The notes below the pieces were generated by a model. That model had not been told where the DNA came from. It searched no databases and saw only the letters and a list, made by a program, of their open reading frames with translations. Below are positions 27,571 to 39,800 of a stretch of DNA of 64,000 nucleotides, piece by piece. Each line of letters starts with the position of its first letter. Position 1 is the stretch's first letter. The translations under genes and the position numbers were made by a program. The DNA lies in NCBI RefSeq assembly GCF_009914755.1, contig NC_060930.1. One strand, written 5' to 3'. The DNA comes from the human T2T-CHM13v2.0 reference genome, Homo sapiens.

Positions 27571-27899
27571 GCGTTAATTATCTGTATGCTGTAACTCCCT
27601 GTGGGAAAAACATTTAAATTAAACTTAAGTCATAAAGAAAAAAATTAGATGACTGAAAAAAAATACGGCATAATATGAAGGACATTAGTGTCGAGTGGGG
27701 TCTTATTAAACAAAGATTCAGAAATCCCTGTTCCATAAGATGGTCATCAGACCGAAATGTTTATAAAGTACCTAGACTAAGATAGATCTCAGTGAGTATT
27801 AATTTCCTTTCCCTGTCTAATATCCTCAATTTTATTTCTTTTGCCTTCTTTTTAAATTTATTTTTCTGTTTATTTTTTAACCTTGCTTCCTTCTATCTG

Positions 27900-27972
27900 C
27901 ATGCATAGGATGGGTGTTGCCTAACCTGGCCTGAATCTTATCTGTCTGGAGAGTCTCCCCAGCCCTGCTCAT
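27900..27972 (+). repeat. 73 bp local direct repeat, copy 2
   Basis: 64/73 identity to 27052-27124; abuts the pyrimidine tract. Confidence 0.9.
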
Positions 27973-28315
27973 CTTCCTTCCTTCCTTCCTTCTTTCCTTC
28001 CTTCCTTCCTTCCTTTCTTCCTTCCTTCTTTTCTTCCTTCCTTCTTTCCTCCTTCCCTCCCTCCCTTCTTTCCTTCCTCCTTCCCTCCCTCTCTTCATTC
28101 CTTCCTTCCTTCTTCCTTCCCTCCTTCCCTCCCTCCCTTCTTTCCTTCCTTTTTCTCTCCCTCCCTTCCTTCCTTCCTCCTTCCCTCCTTCCTTTCCTTC
28201 TTCCCTCCCTCCTTCCTTCCTCCTTCCCTCCCTCCCTTCCTTCCTCCCTTAATTCCTTCCTTCCTGACTTCCTCCCCTCCCTCCTCCCTTCCCCACCCGC
28301 ACCTCCCTCCCCATC

Positions 28316-28363
<48 letters not shown>

Positions 28364-28370
28364 TTCTCCC
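27973..28370. repeat. about 400 bp polypyrimidine tract: (CCTT)n/(CCCT)n ending in (CTTT)12
   Basis: Almost purine-free + strand; perfect CTTT array at 28317-28364. Confidence 0.97.
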
Positions 28371-28760
28371 TCAACTACTGATTGCTGGTTTCCTTCTCCA
28401 TGCCAGGCACTCTGTGGCTCCTTGGGATAAAGTTGGGAAACAAACCAACATTGTTCTGACCCTCTTATAGTCTAATGCGGGGAAAAGTTATTCATCAGAT
28501 TACCTCATTAATGAATGTGTAAATACAACTTTAGATAAGTGTTCTGAGCAAACACAATGTTGTTTTGTAAGGGCATATGTCTGAAACACCATGCCTGTGA
28601 GAGGCTGTGAGAGAGTTTACCCAACCCATAAGTGGGGAAGGGCATTTTCTGCTAAAGCAGTAACTCCTACAGAGAACCTGTGGCCTGAGCTGCCATTTTA
28701 AGAATGTGACTGAAGCTCAGGGAGGCAGGTAACAGAGGTGCTAAGGCTCTCTACTGGAGA
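28371..28760 (-). mobile_element. L2 fragment
   Basis: CATGCCAGGCACTCTG..GGGATA..CTTATAGTCTAATGCGG..GATAAGTGTTCTG..GGGAAGGGCATTT. Confidence 0.6.
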
Positions 28761-30252
28761 GATTTCAGAGAAATAGAACAATATCTAGCAAAAAGTTGCT
28801 TTGCCTTATATATAACCAAACAGTATTTTATGATTTATTTCTAAATAAGAGTTTATTTTCCATTTACAGAATCACACATTTTAAATGTTATTCATTGACC
28901 TGTAGTATCCAAATTAAACCTATTTCTCTTATTCTGCATAAATTAATGTTAATATTATCAGTAATTGCCCCCATACATACCAAACATGCATCGAGAATTG
29001 TATGATTACTCTATGTAAAAATTGAGACGTGGAATCATTCTTGACACCTTAGCTCCGTACCTGCCAAGTAGACATAAGGAGGCTCAAAAATATATGCTAC
29101 AGATAAAAAATTAAAGAGACTGACAGATAAAAGAATTAAAGAAAGCATAACCTCAGTGGCAGAGAAATTCTGCTTTCAGTATACTAATTTACTTTTAACT
29201 TTTCAGATTATTTTGGGAAAATTTGAATACAGAAGTGAAGCTTCAAAAATATCTGAGCCTTCTGAGCAGAAATACAGGTTTCTTTAGAATAGTTTTTCCT
29301 CCCGTGTTCACTGTGGTGCTATGGGGACTCTACGGTGATATGGAATGACTGCGGTAGGGGCAGTGTCTAAACCTAACAAGTCCAGTTTAATTTGCCAAAA
29401 AGTTTCTCACTTTGACCTTGGCCTGCATCTACCTGGATAAGCCTATTTGGCTGATTTCAGGAAGAAAAATGGCTGTAGTTTTTAATGAAAAATCACCTTT
29501 TTGAAGTTTGTCTTTCACTTTATGCCGTATTTGGCATACTTGGCTAGATTACACAAACTGTTTAAACTTACAAAGCTGAACTGCTCTGAGGGGAGATTTG
29601 GAAATTAAATAATCGATTTTTTTATCCTTTTCATGATCATACCATTGATGCAACTAAAGGCAATTCAACATTAAAACAAACACAATTTCTTTTTATTTAC
29701 TACTTAAATGTAGCCTGCACTGTTAGTAATACATGTTATTTTCTCACCCTTTTTTAAATTAAATGTGTGGTTCAACCATTTTTCAAAAGCATCCGCCTCT
29801 TATACTGTCGCTGAAAGATGATCGTGCCCTTCCTTGTGCCATACAGAATCTGCATAAATATATCCTAAACTACAAGCTATTGTTGAGGATCTACCACTTC
29901 AGATAGGGAATTGAACATAAAGAATTTGCTAGTGTCAAATGAATGCAAAGCTGGTCTCTCTGTGATGAGGCTTATTTTTAGTTACTAACAATTTTTGAAG
30001 CCTAAATTACAGAAAATAGCAATCATTCTCTAGTGCATTGGCTCTTAAAATTAATCAGGCAACTGGGTTAATAATAGCATATTTTTATTAATAACCTACA
30101 GAAACACCTGTACTTATTCATCAGAAATCTTCAAAATGATATTCCAGTCAAGAAGTGTCAAATTATCATTTGAAAATTATTGAATAAATTCTAGGAGTAG
30201 TTTATTACTAAGAGTGAGTTAAATACCTTTTCAGCGCATTCATTTGAGGAGA

Positions 30253-30803
30253 CACAGTGGCACAGAGGTTAAGAGCAAAAGGTACTCAGTTAGACTACCT
30301 AGATTGCAACCTTAGTTTCAATAGCTACTAACTGCGTGATCTTGAGGAAGTTACTTCTCTGGGCATCAGTTTTCTCATCTGTAAAATGGGAATGATATTA
30401 GTAACACAAAATGACTGCTAAGATTTAGCTCCTACTTTGCACAAGGCACTGTGCATGAGCAAGAGAGAGAATGACAGATAGATATTACATGCCTAGTACT
30501 CTTCTAGGATTTAACCTTCACAACAGCTGTATAAGGCAGAAAGTATTATTTCCCCCTTTTTACAGATAAAGACATTTAGAAACCAAGAAGGTAAACAACT
30601 TGCCTGAATTTATCAGAGAAAGTATCAGAGCCTGAATTTAGACCCAGAATGTTTAGCCCCAAAGTCTGTCTTCAACCACTAATCTACAATGCCTGATTCA
30701 CACATCAACATATGGCTGTTATTTAATGAGATGATATAGATAAACCACTTAGATCATTGCATGGTTCCAGTAAATATTCAATGAGCATTCATTACTATTA
30801 TTA
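30253..30803 (+). mobile_element. MIR split by an oppositely oriented MIR
   Basis: 5' part 30253-30402 (CATCAGTTTTCTCATCTGTAAAATGGG); 3' part 30700-30803 (TTTAATGAGATGATATA..). Confidence 0.7.
30408..30695 (-). mobile_element. MIR inserted antisense in MIR
   Basis: TTTAACCTTCACAACAGC..TTTTTACAGATAAAGAC..CAACTTGCC..GAGCCTGAATTTAGACCCAG. Confidence 0.7.
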
Positions 30804-31005
30804 GTTTATGTATTGTCTCCTTTATTGCATTAAATACTTAACTTTCCACTAAGATTTTTTTCTTATACCCTCTTTTGCCACATTTTGTGAGATTTGGTAA
30901 GATTATCTTGGGGTCAACACATAATAAAAGGCATCACACATTTTTTGTTTCTAATAATTTCATGCACCAGAGTGTCAAACAAATCAAGGTCAATTCTTTA
31001 AAAAG

Positions 31006-31137
31006 TATTCATTCATTTTTTTCTACAAATACTTATTGAGCACCTACTACATGCCCGATATTATTTCAGGACCTATTCTAAGGCATTCAGCAGAGAACAA
31101 GACAAAGGCCTGTCTCTCACACAAGTTACCTCCTAGT
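31006..31137 (-). mobile_element. L2 3' end
   Basis: ATTCATTCA..CAAATACTTATTGAGCACCTACTACATGCC...GAGAACAAGACAAAG. Confidence 0.75.
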
Positions 31138-31849
31138 GAATCATTTTGTCATTAACTGAATTCAAACTTGAGCCTTTAATCCTGGGAAATAGTGCTATAA
31201 CCAAAACTGAAATCTTCCACTGTTAAACACTTGAGACATTAGCAGGAAGATGTTTACACAGCCCACAGCCCTCTGTGTCACTGGCCTTTCCTCATGGGCT
31301 TAAGAAAACTGCTTCAGAGAAAACCTCTGAAAAACCTGCCACCAACCTGTGGCAGCCTACCTCAAACCAGCAGCTGAAGGACAGAGCAAAGACATTCCAG
31401 GATCTCTGAGAACTGTATCCATAAATAAAGCCCATTCAAAAAGGATGCACTGATCATGTTTTTCTCCACTGGAACATGAGTGGATGTTTCACAAGTCACC
31501 CATTCTCCTCATTGCTGCGTGGTGAAAGCCACAAGTTCCAAAATAGATGCTGAGGCTTTCAAATTCCTGAGGACAGAATTTGATTCTTATTCCCTTAAGT
31601 TATTTTTCTCTTGCCCTCATCCTTCCAAAAAAAAATTCATATTCTGCTACTATCGATATCTCATGTGAAATAATTATATTAGTGAAGGCTTTTCATATCA
31701 GATTATGTCCTTTGAACATACAAGGAAAAAACTCATTGTTATAACAATATGATCATTCAAGATGCTTTTTTTAGTCATTTTATTATTTGAAGAGAAATGA
31801 GTTTATAAAAAAATATAATTTCCTACAAATTTAAGGGAAAAGCATATGC

Positions 31850-32072
31850 TTCTTTTTTCTTTTTCTTTTCTTTTTTTTATTATACTTTAAGTTTTAGGGT
31901 ACATGTGCACAACGTGCACGTTAGTTACATATGTATACATGTGCCATGTTGGTGTGCTGCACCCAGTAACTCATCATTTAACATTAGGTATATCTCCAAA
32001 TGCTATCCCTCCCCCCTCCCCCCACCCCACGACAGGCCCCGGTGTGTGATGTTCCCCTTCCTGTGTCCATGT
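31850..32072 (-). mobile_element. young L1PA (PA3-5-like) 3' UTR, about 200 bp, 5'-truncated
   Basis: TTATTATACTTTAAGTTTTAGGGTACATGTGCACAAC...CCCCACGACAGGCCCCGGTGTGTGATGTTCCCC. Confidence 0.93.
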
Positions 32073-32368
32073 TTTTTTTTTTTTTGAGACAGAGTCTTGC
32101 TCTGTCACCCATGCTGGAGTGCAGTGGTGCAATCTTGGCTCACTGCAACCTCTGTCTCCTGGGTTCAAGTGGTTCTCCTGCCTCAGCCTTCTGAGTAGCT
32201 GGGACTACAAGTGCAGGCCACCATGCCTGGCTAATTTTTAAATTTTTTAGTAGAGACAGGTTTTTGCCATGTTGACAGGCTGGTCTCGAACTTCTGGCCT
32301 CAAGTGATCTGCCTGCCTCGGCCTCCCAAAGTGCTGGGATTACAGGCATGAGCCACTGCTCCCCACCT
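32072..32368 (-). mobile_element. AluS/J
   Basis: Full dimer whose T tract joins the L1PA fragment directly. Confidence 0.95.
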
Positions 32369-32509
32369 GATATATGTATACATTGTGGAATGATTATATC
32401 AAACAAATTAACATATCCATTTTTCTTTATTCTGCAATACTGGTGTAGAATATTCTTAAGAGACTGAGGGGGAGAAAAGAAGTACATATATTGACCGCTC
32501 ACAAATTTT

Positions 32510-32690
32510 AACATTTAATCTCATTTAATTCTCATAACAACACTGGAAGTAAGTACATGTAACCCTCATTTAACCAAGTGAAAACAGAGATTCGGGAGAG
32601 CCATGTAACTGTTCCACTTTCACTGACACAGCAGAGCCAGGACTAGACCAGCTGTATCCAAAGGTCACGTCTTCTCACGAACCACAGTAT
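32510..32690 (-). mobile_element. MIR SINE
   Basis: ATCTCATTTAATTCTCATAACAAC..CCCTCATTT..GAAAACAGAGATTC..GCAGAGCCAGGACTAGACC. Confidence 0.7.
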
Positions 32691-33005
32691 TTTACTTCAG
32701 CAGAGGTCATGCAGATATCCATAAGACCACTGCTGTTCAAGAGAAAACAGTTCCAAACGGCCTTTTATAGAACCAATTGCTACATACATCACATTCATAT
32801 TAACATGAAAAACCATCTATATGTGTTCCTATAGTTCATCAAAAAACTATCACAACAATGTTAAAGCAATTATGCCTCTCGGATGAAGTGTTACATTTTA
32901 AACAAATTACTTGATGATTCTATTAAAAGGAATAAAAATAATGTAATTGACATAGATGAGATTAGCACCTTTCCCCATTCATTTTATGATATACCTTTTA
33001 AAGAC

Positions 33006-33142
33006 ATCATCATCATCAAATAATATTTATTACACGCTGTAATTCCTAGAAGAGCAGGATTTGGACTGAAAAACATAACTGAGTTACAAGCAAGACGTAT
33101 TGCTTATTTAATACATCATAGACTGCTATAGAAGTGTTATGT
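33006..33142 (+). repeat. about 140 bp old local direct repeat, copy 1
   Basis: Core 33060-33113 is 48/54 identical to 34004-34057. Confidence 0.85.
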
Positions 33143-33947
33143 TTTTATGTAATGGTTAGGAAAACCTCTGCATTAATTTGTAGAAAAAAATAGAGAAAAA
33201 TCAAAAGCCTACAAAAATTTTTGTACAACTTTGAATTTAACTATTTCCTCTAAGAAGCCAAAGACACATTTATTTCTTCTCTGCCTTAACATTCAATCTA
33301 ATTGAAAAAGCTAGGAGACAAGGAAATAAATATGGATTTGTTTAATGGTAAAGTGCTTGATATTTCTGTTAATTATAACTTGACTATTGAACAACTTGCA
33401 CTCAGAAATCTTAAAGTATCTCAAATATTTATCTCATTTACAACATATGGGAGAGGAAGATTCCTTTCTCTTTTTCCTCCTATGATAATAAAGACCGGCA
33501 AGGGAATGTACAGAGAGTTTCACAATGAGTTGTGTAATCATGACCAGTCCCCAGACTTTTGAGTCTGATGGTCTTCCAGTCTGGCAGTCTCACAACTCTT
33601 CATATTCCTAGCCTTTGCACTTTTAATTTTCCACCAGTGATTATTTTAACCATATCCCTAGATGACTAACATCCATATAGCCTTTGAACCTCAGTATTAA
33701 CCGCAGCTGTATCATTGAGCTCACAGGGCCTTCTATGTAGGCTTTCATGGATAATATTTAATAAGATGATGTACAGGGGGAAAAGGTAAACAATTTTTCT
33801 AACATTGAAACTAATATATATGCTTCACTTAACATGCTATTTCTCCTGAGCTTTGAATATGAAATAGGCATTGTTTCACACTACAAATTTGAGGTCAGGC
33901 AGTTTTTAATTTACTCTTTTCATGCTAAATTTGGAGTATCTAAAGTT

Positions 33948-34095
33948 ATTATCATCATCAAAAAATATTTATTCAAGCTATACTTTATAGAAGAGGGGCA
34001 GAGTTTGGACTGATAAACATAACGGAGATACAAGCAAGACTTACTGCTTACTTAATAGGTCATTTTCCATTTTAACTACTTTAGAGGTGTTAAGT
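33948..34095 (+). repeat. about 140 bp old local direct repeat, copy 2
   Basis: Aligns to 33006-33142 with a few indels. Confidence 0.85.
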
Positions 34096-37000
34096 CCGTT
34101 CTTAGCCGCTGGTTTGAAATATCTAAAGCTCAGCAGAATATCTCTAATGAAATACCAATGGAAGTGTTGAAGGGTTTCTTACTCTTAGTTTGAAATTCAA
34201 TTCTGATAGATATAATTGACTGCACCACATCCAGAAGTATTATCTGTTTATCTTTGTGCATTTCAAAAGGCAGAAAAAAAGTTGACTTACCTCATAAAGA
34301 GATCTCATGGCATGTATCTATATCTCTCAGTCCATCAGTCAACATGTCTATCAAGAATGGCCATGTTTATTCTGTCAAATATTAAATTATGAGACTTATG
34401 ATTGCAGCCAAAGAGGACATATCTATTTGGAAAGTTATACAGATAAGTGACATGAAGATAGAGAGTTTATAGTTCATTTTTGTTTTACTAGAAACAATTA
34501 CAGAATACTTTAACTAGAACGTTGGCTTCTGTACAGTTTAGATACAGTAAAAATATTTTTAAAAAACATTTTAAAAAACAGTTTCATGAAATTCTTAGGG
34601 ATCTACTTATAAAATGTTGTGGAGAGCTACTAATATGCTGAAGTTTTCCAGAACAACAAGAAATCAATTAACGTAGCACCACATCAGTTTAAAAAGCAAT
34701 TTATCAACTTTTCCTACCAACTCAGGGTCAAATTTCATTGTGTCAAAAACTTAATTTTAAAATAATTGCTGGAGTGAACTTTGATTAACAATAGCACAAA
34801 TTTGAAGGAGATGTGTTAAGGTTCCTTGAGGTCATTCTTATGAGACTAAGAAAGAAAAGGAAAATATATTGGCTTCACAAATGGCCAAGATCTTTTTAAA
34901 ACCAGCTAGCTTACAAATCCAACTGACCTGTCGTTACCATACTTCACAGTTAAGAATCATGAGAACAACTTGTTCTGAATCTTCTGGCTGACTCCCCAAG
35001 CAGAGTGAGCATTGAGTATCTTCTGTGATTAACATATAAACTGTTTTATTCAGTTTTGGCTTCCTTTCTCTCTGTTCCATGAGAGAAAGGAAAAGAAAAA
35101 AAAATCTTTTTCTTTTTAATGGATTCACAGTCAGTATAAATTTTTCCTCTCAAGGTATGTATTATAAGAAAAAAGAAAGTGGACATTGATTTTATAGTAT
35201 TTTTCTATACTTAAACCTATACCCAAGTAATGTGTGTTTTATATTTTCAAAAAAATTTTCCTTAAGTTATTATCTATATATTTCAGTATTTAGGTTATTT
35301 GTTGTACTAATAGATTAACATACGCCAAGAGTTCATTATCATTTTCTTTAAATAGATTAATAAAGGAAAGCCTGAAAGAGCTTGAATTTTATAAAGAGAA
35401 GATGAAGATTTTACATATGATGACTTTAATTGATGTTGACAATATTATCTCCTTGAAATTTCTTAGGATAGGAGGGAAGCATATTTGTGGATCAAAGGAA
35501 GTTTTAAACAGCAAACAAATGCACATATACTGTCTTGTTGGAGCCCCATTCTCTCTGAAAAACACTTTTTTTATTTTTTCACTCTTTTTTGGTTAGTATT
35601 GTTATTGGATCAAAATCAAAGTAGTGTTCCTTGATTGGCAATGTTCGTATTTTTTTATATTCATTCAGGAAACAGCAGAAAAGAACACTTATTTTTAACT
35701 CATTAAAATTAAAACTCAGACACAACATCTTTGGCTTTCTCAAATGGATGCTGAAGGCTGGAAAGTTGAGTCTGGCTTGCAACTAATATTAATTTTCTAC
35801 AGCATTATATAAATCATCTGCCTGTGCTGTCTCACAGAAAATATAAATAGTGGAAAAATAATTTCCTCTTTTGGAGAGATTGTGGCTTTTGGCTCTCATG
35901 GTCTAGGCCAAAGGGTGCAAAATAGAATTACATGTGGCAAATAGCATTTCCCACCATGCTAAGTGGAGCAAGATCCTTAGATCCACCATGTTGAAACAGA
36001 GCCTCCCATGTAAAGTGGTAGACAAGGACAGCTGTAAATATCCTTGTAATACTTTTGTGTCTCTCCCATTTCTTTAAAGTAGATTATGAAACATCAACAT
36101 CAATAAATGCAACATTTTTCTGAGCTTATACTCCATATGCATATTGTAGTGCCAATATTATAAACTGTAGAGAAAATTTTTAACTACGTGAGTATAGCTT
36201 TAAACATTTTCATATTACATGCATTTTTACATGTACTTCAAGCCAATATTTGATCACATTCAATTTTAACATTTTTGCTCGAAAGTGCCAAAATTTTGCA
36301 CTGAATGAACACATGAATGAACATTTCTGCAATAGTTAATAAATCACTCTTTCCATTCTTTTTCATAAATCATTATGGGAATAAAACTAGCTGCTGCTCC
36401 CACAAAAATTACACTGGAAAGCAAGAATAACATTTCCCTTGCCCTTTCCCTCCCCCAATAAACTAAATTTTTTTTAAATGGTTATCAATTTAATGCTATA
36501 TTTAACCATGTAAGAAGAACAAAAGTTCTTCCCTTTTTTTCAAAATGCTATACCCTCTCAAATAGTTTTTTATTTAAAACTCTCTTGTACAATCTTTTTA
36601 TTCAAAACTCTCTACCCTTTTCAAATTTCCAAAAGAGATGAAAAAAAATTGCTTTTGTTCCTTCAGGAGCAGAATTAGTATATCACAGAAATTTCTCTTG
36701 AATTATTTTTCAACAAGGATCCTGGAAAGCCACATCACTAAAAATCAAGAATAGCTAAGAAAAACTAAGAATTTTGCCTGCTAGAAGTTTGATCTCTTGC
36801 TGCTTTTTAAAAAAATCTGTCTTGATAGCAGTTTTAACATAACTGGTAGCGTATTCAGTATCATTTCTTCATGACATGCCACTAGCAGCCAATCTTGGTA
36901 AACAAACTGATTAAAAGATTATCTGTCACCCAGGGTTTCATCATCCTCTACAGTGATTCACTTGTTTGGAATCAAGGCACAGTCTGAAGTCACTGAATGG

Positions 37001-37852
37001 AGTTGATGAAGCTAATGCTTCACAAATAGAAAATGAAAATCATCTGAAAACCAGGGAGAAAATCCTCACTGATTATCGCCAACTTGTTGGTAGAATTCTA
37101 ACCGTATGGTTTCCATGCATGAATCACAGGAACCATTGGTTGCAGCAGAGCCCCTCAGCTGTCTCACTTCCTCCAGTGGCATGAGCCTGCTGCTGTACCT
37201 TGTATTCACCTGGTGACAGTGATGACCAAGATGCTTACACCTGCTGCAGTGATGAGCACACAGGCATGAGCAGTCCTTCCACAGTTGTGTGTGTGTCGGA
37301 GGGCATTGGAGGGGAAGTGAATTCCAAGGGCTGGAGCGGTAGAACAATTCCAATCTAGCATGATCTGTCTTGAATTCTAAGAATATGTTTTCATAACTTG
37401 GAGGATGGCCATATCATGGAAGGGGGAAACCCAAATATTGACGCTTTTTGCCTATCATGATGTCATAAGGATTAATCATCCAAATGTAACTTTCTGAGCT
37501 CTACAAAAGGTCATGTGAAATCAAATTTCTATTAATAATTAGATTAGATATCTGATCCCAAGCCCTCATAACAATCTTCTCTGGCCTTTTTTGTTACTGC
37601 TGCTTAGAGCTGAGAATCCCTGTTTTCTGAAAACTTTAAGCCTGATTTCTAGTTCCTCCTGCCTTTTCCCAGATCCCAAAAAAATCAATGTTAAATCAAC
37701 TTGAGTATTTTCACATGCAAAGGAAGTATTTGAACATGGAACAAGTGTGGATATTGTCCCAATGATCAGGATTTTCAACTTTCTTGTTCTTCTCAGATCC
37801 TCTCTTCCCTCAAAAAATTATTCTGTTAAATTAATTTAACCTCTTAGCCTTC

Positions 37853-38194
37853 TTTTGTTGTTGTTGATTTTTTGTTGGTTTGTTTTTTGGTTTTTGCTTG
37901 TTTGTTTGAGACGGAGTCTTGCTCTGTCGACCAGGCTGGAGTGCAGTGGTGCGATCTCAGCTCACTGCAACCTCTGCCTCCCAGGTTCAACCAATTCTCC
38001 CTGCCTCAGCCTCCTGAGTAGCTGAGATTACAGGCACCCACCACCACACCCAGCAAATTTTTTTTTTTTTTTTTTTAAGTAGAGAAGAGGTTTCACCCTG
38101 TTGGCCAGGTTGGTCTTGAACTCTTGACCTCAGGTGATCCACCCCTTGGCCTCCCAAAGTGCTGGGATTACGGGTGTGAGCCACTGTTCCTGGC
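37853..38194 (-). mobile_element. AluSx-like
   Basis: Dimer with GTT-rich tail and expanded mid T tract; GACCTCAGGTGATCC. Confidence 0.95.
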
Positions 38195-39663
38195 CTAACC
38201 CCTTAGCCTTCTATTAATAATACAAAAAGATATGTCCTCCCCTAAGATACGTAACCTTTCAGTAATTATAAAAGTATATACCTGTGCTCAGTTTTTATTT
38301 GATGATGCTGTTTTTATTTTATTTTAATCCACAGCTATTTTCCACGAAACATCCTATAGAAGAGATACTTTCTTAGGGATGAGAATTATGTATTACGTAC
38401 TTAGAACAAGGGCAAAGTTTAACTCTTAGTACATGGCAAAGCTGATCTCATCCCTGAAGAGTGTAATGTACTTCTAGAACTTCATCTTCTATCCAAATCC
38501 ATTAAATTAAAAGAGATTGAGGGAACTGAGTGGAATAGTCATCAACATTTCACTAAATAAAATGAAATCTCTCTGAAATTAGTTTGGCTTCTACAACTCT
38601 AGCTAGACAGAAACATTTGTCCCTGACACACTGAAGTCATTACTTAAGAGCAATTGTGCATTTGGGGAAAAAAATGGCCATTGTAAGTTTGCAAAGTTGA
38701 AGGTAAGAAGGATGGATGGTGAAATGGAAGCAAAGAAGGATTCAGTAAGATTAGTATTTTTGGATAAGGATAGTTGATGTGTCACACAACAGAGCCAACT
38801 TCAAAGTTTGACTTCAAAGAAAACTCTCCAAGAAAACACACTTGTGCATGTACACAGACACACACACAGAAAGCAAACACAAACACTTGGTAGTTTCTCC
38901 CTTTCATTTGTGCTAACAACTTTTCCATTCTACTTGGTCTAGGATTTTCTTTTCCTTTTTGATATGCTTCAAATTTTGCATCCTTGAAAATAAATTTTAT
39001 TAGACATGATGCTAGGTTCACTTTAGACCCTTGTGTTGTACACTTCTTAATAAACATAGCTCATAACTTCTCCTTCTAGACCACAGTAGTCTAGAATCTG
39101 TCTTGCCACTGTGTTAAGAAGCACCCCAAAATTTTAGAAAATATTTTTATAGTGGTGTAAAATTACCTTATTAAAATCAGAAACTCTATAAAATATTTTA
39201 GCCTTTTACACCAATGCTAAATTCTAAACCTAATTTCATGTTGTAAATTATTTTCTAGCTTAAGCTGAAGAGTTTAGACCTTGTGACAATCAAAGCCAAC
39301 TGATCAAATTCTACCTTCTTTGAGGTGCCCTTTCTTGGATAGTAACTGCTTCTTTCCTCAGTAATTTTCTAACTAGCAAAGCTCTTGAAGACCTTTCTCG
39401 GGAATCTTCCCTACCATTCATCCCTTCTTTATCATCCTGCCAAAATAATTTCTTCACTGGGACTTTTTGCTATAATTACCTCAATTTTGTTGTTTTAACT
39501 TAAAAGTAATAAACTCATATGCTACATCTAGATTACAAATTCCGGAAATAGAGATTGAACTCTTTCCTGCATTTCCTGTTTTTCCTGAGGATCCAGTAAT
39601 GTGCTCTTGAATGCAATAAATGCTTACTCACCCTCTCCAGTAGGCTATTTCCATCTGATTCTG

Positions 39664-39800
39664 TCATTCATCCCTTCAGTGATTATTTGTTAAGTACCTA
39701 GTGCATTTTGAGCACACTGTGTGGTTCTAGATACACACCACATAGTGAAACAGACTTGGTCCCTGCCCTCGTGGACCTTACAACCCCATGATGAAGCCCA
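39664..39800 (-). mobile_element. L2 3' end
   Basis: TATTTGTTAAGTACCTA..CACTGTG..AGTGAAACAGACTTGGTCCCTGCCCTCGTGGA. Confidence 0.7.

Noticed and set aside
27877-28098. Two minus-strand ORFs sharing MSRAGETL..IQARLGNT (also 26987-27175)
   Set aside because: The similarity is just the 73 bp DNA duplication; the rest is GGAA repeat. No evidence of a peptide family.
37215-37300. Two GTGATGA box C-like motifs suggesting a C/D snoRNA
   Set aside because: No box D (CTGA) at a suitable distance and no terminal stem.
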